DNA of 64,000 nucleotides from Auanema rhodensis. Taxonomy: Eukaryota; Animalia; Nematoda. The translations under genes and the position numbers were made by a program. Below the pieces are notes generated by a model, which ran no database searches, had not been told where the DNA came from, and was given only the letters and a program-made list of their open reading frames with translations. Each line of letters starts with the position of its first letter. Position 1 is the stretch's first letter. The DNA lies in the NCBI GenBank assembly GCA_964057225.1, contig OZ059898.1, positions 17,174,001 through 17,238,000 on the forward strand. Reading direction: 5' to 3'. Shown here in pieces: positions 57,224 through 64,000 of the stretch.

Positions 57224-60200
57224 TTGAAATTTTTCGAAAAAATTTTTGTCAAAATGTTTTTGGAAGCAATGTTGAGTGTACATGGAAACTCAACATACAC
57301 TAATGCATCATTTTTCAAACGATCATAACTAATTTTTGTATTAAGCGTTTCTCATTGTAGTATAGTGCATTCGATGCGCATTTTTAAGCTGCGTCGATCT
57401 GTGTTATCAGATTTGCGCTAGCTTAAAAATGCACCGAGATATCAACTGATATAAGTTCACACTTATATCCTCGATTTTCACCCTGAAGATTTAATTTTTT
57501 CGTTGAATAACATTGTCCATCGTCTTTGCCTTGAAAAAAGGAATCTAAAAACATCTACTTTTTGCTAAATTATTTTGAAATTTTTCGAAAAAATTTTTGT
57601 CAAAATGTTTTTGGAAGCAATGTTGAGTGTACATGGAAACTCAACATACACTAATGCATCATTTTTCAAACGATCATAACTAATTTTTGTATTAAGCGTT
57701 TCTCAATGTAGTGTAGTGCATTCGATGCGGATTTTTAAGCTGCGTCGATCTGTGTTATCAGATTTGCGCTAGCTTAAAAATGCACCGAGATATCAACTGA
57801 TATAAGTTCACACTTATATCCTCGATTTTCACCCTGAAGATTTAATTTTTTCGTTGAATAACATTGTCCATCGTCTTTGCCTTGAGAAAAGGAATCTAAA
57901 AACATCTACTTTTTGCTAAATTATGATGAAATTTTTCGAAAAAATTTTTGTCAAAATGTTTTTGGAAGCAATGTTGAGTGTACATGGAAACTCAACATAC
58001 ACTAATGCATCATTTTTCAAACGATCATAACTAATTTTTGTATTAAGCGTTTCTCATTGTAGTATAGTGCATTCGATGCGCATTTTTAAGCTGCGTCGAT
58101 CTGTGTTATCAGATTTGCGCTAGCTTAAAAATGCACCGAGATATCAACTGATATAAGTTCACACTTATATCCTCGATTTTCACCCTGAAGATTTAATTTT
58201 TTCGTTGAATAACATTGTCCATCGTCTTTGCCTTGAAAAAAGGAATCTAAAAACATCTACTTTTTGCTAAATTATTTTGAAATTTTTCGAAAAAATTTTT
58301 GTCAAAATGTTTTTGGAAGCAATGTTGAGTGTACATGGAAACTCAACATACACTAATGCATCATTTTTCAAACGATCATAACTAATTTTTGTATTAAGCG
58401 TTTCTCAATGTAGTATAGTGCATTCGATGCGGATTTTTAAGCTGCGTCGATCTGTGTTATCAGATTTGCGCTAGCTTAAAAATGCACCGAGATATCAACT
58501 GATATAAGTTCACACTTATATCCTCGATTTTCACCCTGAAGATTTAATTTTTTCGTTGAATAACATTGTCCATCGTCTTTGCCTTGAGAAAAGGAATCTA
58601 AAAACATCTACTTTTTGCTAAATTATTTTGAAATTTTTCGAAAAAATTTTTGTCAAAATGTTTTTGGAAGCAATGTTGAGTGTACATGGAAACTCAACAT
58701 ACACTAATGCACCATTTTTCAAACGATCATAACTAATTTTTGTATTAAGCGTTTCTTAATGTAGTATAGTGCATTCGATGCGGAATTTTAAGCTGCGTCG
58801 ATCTGTGTTATCAGATTTGCGCTAGCTTAAAAATGCACCGAGATATCAACTGATATAAGTTCACACTTATATCCTCGATTTTCACCCTGAAGAAATAATT
58901 TTTTCGTTGAATAACATTGTCCATCGTCTTTGCCTTGAAAAAAGGAATCTAAAAACATCTACTTTTTGCTAAATTATTTTGAAATTTTTCGAAAAAATTT
59001 TTGTCAAAATGTTTTTGGAAGCAATGTTGAGTGTACATGGAAACTCAACATACACTAATGCATCATTTTTCAAACGATCATAACTAATTTTTGTATTAAG
59101 CGTTTCTCAATGTAGTATAGTGCATTCGATGCGGATTTTTAAGCTGCGTCGATCTGTGTTATCAGATTTGCGCTAGCTTAAAAATGCACCGAGACATCAA
59201 CTGATATAAGTTCACACTTATATCCTCGATTTTCACCCTGAAGAATTAATTTTTTCGTTGAATAACATTGTCCATCGTCTTTGCCTTGAAAAAAGGAATC
59301 TAAAAACATTTACTTTTTGCTAAATTATTCTGAAATTTTTCGAAAAAATTTTTGTCAAAATGTTTTTGGAAGCAATGTTGAGTGTACATGGAAACTCAAC
59401 ATACACTAATGCACCATTTTTCAAACGATCATAACTAATTTTTGTATTAAGCGTTTCTCAATGTAGTATAGTGCATTCGATGCGGATTTTTAAGCTGCGT
59501 CGATCTGTGTTATCAGATTTGCGCTAGCTTAAAAATGCACCGAGATATCAACTGATATAAGTTCACACTTATATCCTCGATTTTCACCCTGAAGATTTAA
59601 TTTTTTCGTTGAATAACATTGTCCATCGTCTTTGCCTTGAGAAAAGGAATCTAAAAACATCTACTTTTTGCTAAATTATTTTGAAATTTTTCGAAAAAAT
59701 TTTTGTCAAAATGTTTTTGGAAGCAATGTTGAGTGTACATGGAAACTCAACATACACTAATGCACCATTTTTCAAACGATCATAACTAATTTTTGTATTA
59801 AGCGTTTCTTAATGTAGTATAGTGCATTCGATGCGGATTTTTAAGCTGCGTCGATCTGTGTTATCAGATTTGCGCTAGCTTAAAAATGCACCGAGATATC
59901 AACTGATATAAGTTCACACTTATATCCTCGATTTTCACCCTGAAGAAATAATTTTTTCGTTGAATAACATTGTCCATCGTCTTTGCCTTGAAAAAAGGAA
60001 TCTAAAAACATCTACTTTTTGCTAAATTATTTTGAAATTTTTCGAAAAAATTTTTGTCAAAATGTTTTTGGAAGCAATGTTGAGTGTACATGGAAACTCA
60101 ACATACACTAATGCATCATTTTTCAAACGATCATAACTAATTTTTGTATTAAGCGTTTCTCAATGTAGTATAGTGCATTCGATGCGGATTTTTAAGCTGC

Positions 60201-63200
60201 GTCGATCTGTGTTATCAGATTTGCGCTAGCTTAAAAATGCACCGAGATATCAACTGATATAAGTTCACACTTATATCCTCGATTTTTACCCTGAAGATTT
60301 AAATTTTTCCTTGAATAACATTGTCCATCGTCTTTGCCTTGAAAAAAGGAATCTAACAACATTTACTTTTTGCTAAATTATTTTGAAATTTTTCGAAAAA
60401 ATTTTTGTCAAAATGTTTTTGGAAGCAATGTTGAGTGTACATGGAAACTCAACATACACTAATGCATCATTTTTCAAACGATCATAACTAATTTTTGTAT
60501 TAAGCGTTTCTCAATGTAGTATAGTGCATTCGATGCGGATTTTTAAGCTGCGTCGATCTGTGTTATCAGATTTGCGCTAGCTTAAAAATGCACCGAGACA
60601 TCAACTGATATAAGTTCACACTTATATTCTCGATTTTCACCCTGAAGAATTAATTTTTTCGTTGAATAACATTGTCCATCGTCTTTGCCTTGAAAAAAGG
60701 AATCTAAAAACATCTACTTTTTGCTAAATTATTTTGAAATTTTTCGAAAAAATTTTTGTCAAAATGTTTTTGGAAGCAATGTTGAGTGTACATGGAAACT
60801 CAACATACACTAATGCATCATTTTTCAAACGATCATAACTAATTTTTGTATTAAGCGTTTCTCATTGTAGTATAGTGCATTCGATGCGCATTTTTAAGCT
60901 GCGTCGATCTGTGTTATCAGATTTGCGCTAGCTTAAAAATGCACCGAGATATCAACTGATATAAGTTCACACTTATATCCTCGATTTTCACCCTGAAGAT
61001 TTAATTTTTTCGTTGAATAACATTGTCCATCGTCTTTGCCTTGAAAAAAGGAATCTAAAAACATCTACTTTTTGCTAAATTATTTTGAAATTTTTCGAAA
61101 AAATTTTTGTCAAAATGTTTTTGGAAGCAATGTTGAGTGTACATGGAAACTCAACATACACTAATGCATCATTTTTCAAACGATCATAACTAATTTTTGT
61201 ATTAAGCGTTTCTCAATGTAGTATAGTGCATTCGATGCGGATTTTTAAGCTGCGTCGATCTGTGTTATCAGATTTGCGCTAGCTTAAAAATGCACCGAGA
61301 TATCAACTGATATAAGTTCACACTTATATCCTCGATTTTCACCCTGAAGATTTAATTTTTTCGTTGAATAACATTGTCCATCGTCTTTGCCTTGAGAAAA
61401 GGAATCTAAAAACATCTACTTTTTGCTAAATTATTTTGAAATTTTTCGAAAAAATTTTTGTCAAAATGTTTTTGGAAGCAATGTTGAGTGTACATGGAAA
61501 CTCAACATACACTAATGCACCATTTTTCAAACGATCATAACTAATTTTTGTATTAAGCGTTTCTTAATGTAGTATAGTGCATTCGATGCGGATTTTTAAG
61601 CTGCGTCGATCTGTGTTATCAGATTTGCGCTAGCTTAAAAATGCACCGAGATATCAACTGATATAAGTTCACACTTATATCCTCGATTTTCACCCTGAAG
61701 AAATAATTTTTTCGTTGAATAACATTGTCCATCGTCTTTGCCTTGAAAAAAGGAATCTAAAAACATCTACTTTTTGCTAAATTATTTTGAAATTTTTCGA
61801 AAAAATTTTTGTCAAAATGTTTTTGGAAGCAATGTTGAGTGTACATGGAAACTCAACATACACTAATGCATCATTTTTCAAACGATCATAACTAATTTTT
61901 GTATTAAGCGTTTCTCAATGTAGTATAGTGCATTCGATGCGGATTTTTAAGCTGCGTCGATCTGTGTTATCAGATTTGCGCTAGCTTAAAAATGCACCGA
62001 GATATCAACTGATATAAGTTCACACTTATATCCTCGATTTTTACCCTGAAGATTTAAATTTTTCCTTGAATAACATTGTCCATCGTCTTTGCCTTGAAAA
62101 AAGGAATCTAACAACATTTACTTTTTGCTAAATTATTTTGAAATTTTTCGAAAAAATTTTTGTCAAAATGTTTTTGGAAGCAATGTTGAGTGTACATGGA
62201 AACTCAACATACACTAATGCATCATTTTTCAAACGATCATAACTAATTTTTGTATTAAGCGTTCCTCAATGTAGTATAGTGCATTCGATGCGGATTTTTA
62301 AGCTGCGTCGATCTGTGTTATCAGATTTGCGCTAGCTTAAAAATGCACCGAGACATCAACTGATATAAGTTCACACTTATATCCTCGATTTTCACCCTGA
62401 AGAATTAATTTTTTCGTTGAATAACATTGTCCATCGTCTTTGCCTTGAAAAAAGGAATCTAAAAACATTTACTTTTTGCTAAATTATTCTGAAATGTTTC
62501 GAAAAAATTTTTGTCAAAATGTTTTTGGAAGCAATGTTGAGTGTACATGGAAACTCAACATACACTAATGCACCATTTTTCAAACGATCATAACTAATTT
62601 TTGTATTAAGCGTTTCTCAATGTAGTATAGTGCATTCGATGCGGATTTTTAAGCTGCGTCGATCTGTGTTATCAGATTTGCGCTAGCTTAAAAATGCACC
62701 GAGATATCAACTGATATAAGTTCACACTTATATCCTCGATTTTCACCCTGAAGAATTAATTTTTTCGTTGAATAACATTGTCCATCGTCTTTGCCTTGAA
62801 AAAAGGAATCTAAAAACATCTACTTTTTGCTGAATTATTTTGAAATTTTTCGAAAAAATTTTTGTCAAAATGTTTTTGGAAGCAATGTTGAGTGTACATG
62901 GAAACTCAACATACACTAATGCACCATTTTTCAAACGATCATAACTAATTTTTGTATTAAGCGTTTCTTAATGTAGTATAGTGCATTCGATGCGGATTTT
63001 TAAGCTGCGTCGATCTGTGTTATCAGATTTGCGCTAGCTTAAAAATGCACCGAGATATCAACTGATATAAGTTCACACTTATATCCTCGATTTTCACCCT
63101 GAAGAAATAATTTTTTCGTTGAATAACATTGTCCATCGTCTTTGCCTTGAAAAAAGGAATCTAAAAACATCTACTTTTTGCTAAATTATTTTGAAATTTT

Positions 63201-64000
63201 TCGAAAAAATTTTTGTCAAAATGTTTTTGGAAGCAATGTTGAGTGTACATGGAAACTCAACATACACTAATGCATCATTTTTCAAACGATCATAACTAAT
63301 TTTTGTATTAAGCGTTTCTCAATGTAGTATAGTGCATTCGATGCGGATTTTTAAGCTGCGTCGATCTGTGTTATCAGATTTGCGCTAGCTTAAAAATGCA
63401 CCGAGATATCAACTGATATAAGTTCACACTTATATCCTCGATTTTTACCCTGAAGATTTAAATTTTTCCTTGAATAACATTGTCCATCGTCTTTGCCTTG
63501 AAAAAAGGAATCTAACAACATTTACTTTTTGCTAAATTATTTTGAAATTTTTCGAAAAAATTTTTGTCAAAATGTTTTTGGAAGCAATGTTGAGTGTACA
63601 TGGAAACTCAACATACACTAATGCATCATTTTTCAAACGATCATAACTAATTTTTGTATTAAGCGTTCCTCAATGTAGTATAGTGCATTCGATGCGGATT
63701 TTTAAGCTGCGTCGATCTGTGTTATCAGATTTGCGCTAGCTTAAAAATGCACCGAGACATCAACTGATATAAGTTCACACTTATATCCTCGATTTTCACC
63801 CTGAAGAATTAATTTTTTCGTTGAATAACATTGTCCATCGTCTTTGCCTTGAAAAAAGGAATCTAAAAACATTTACTTTTTGCTAAATTATTCTGAAATT
63901 TTTCGAAAAAATTTTTGTCAAAATGTTTTTGGAAGCAATGTTGAGTGTACATGGAAACTCAACATACACTAATGCACCATTTTTCAAACGATCATAACTA
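57224..64000. repeat. Sub-domain F: GAAGATTTA / TTGAGAAAA / GCACCA variants, loose 4-5-mer periodicity
   Basis: A diverged monomer (TTTTTACCC...TTTAAATTTTTCCTTG...TAACAACATTT) starts at 60032, 61787 and 63191 (spacings of 5 and 4 monomers). No L-type or 352-bp monomers occur here. Confidence 0.8.

Larger units (their letters stand above)
1..64000. repeat. Tandem satellite DNA array, 351-bp monomer, ~182.3 head-to-tail copies, truncated at both window edges
   Basis: The unit CTGAAATTTTTCGAAAAAATTTTTGTCAAAATG...GCTAAATTATT restarts at 1, 352, 703, 1054 and onward to 63893. The register closes exactly: 182x351 plus a net +10 bp from sixteen 352-bp and six 350-bp monomers. No non-repeat sequence was seen. 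Confidence 0.99.

Noticed and set aside
38508-62934. Four near-identical 63-aa minus-strand ORFs (38508, 39561, 41316, 62743)
   Set aside because: All arise from the GCTAAA>GCTGAA stop-loss variant and begin at TTG, not ATG. They are useful only as haplotype markers.
1-64000. CRISPR array or repeat-spacer system
   Set aside because: There are no unique spacers. The entire 351-bp unit is repeated and no cas or other genes are present.

Overview
The whole 64,000-bp window is one uninterrupted, head-to-tail satellite DNA array. It holds 182 full monomers of a 351-bp, AT-rich unit (about 32% GC by hand count of monomer 1) plus a 108-bp partial copy at 63893-64000. I see no genes, RNA genes, transposon insertions, inversions or CRISPR spacers. 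The five listed ORFs are by-products of single stop-codon-destroying substitutions in individual monomers. Copies are about 96-100% identical. Reading the diagnostic variants monomer by monomer shows that the array is organised into successive sub-domains. These carry local higher-order periods (5-mer, 6-mer, 3-mer, 4-mer) and several multi-kb in-register duplications (offsets of 14, 16, 20 and 21 monomers). There is also a recurring diverged sub-monomer tract and allele sharing between non-adjacent domains. The monomer contains several dyad symmetries, including a concentric ~120-bp spaced inverted-repeat module. The best interpretation is eukaryotic (peri)centromeric or heterochromatic satellite, probably from a host without heavy CpG methylation of repeats. 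I cannot assign a species or a named satellite family from the sequence alone. All monomer typing was done by eye.
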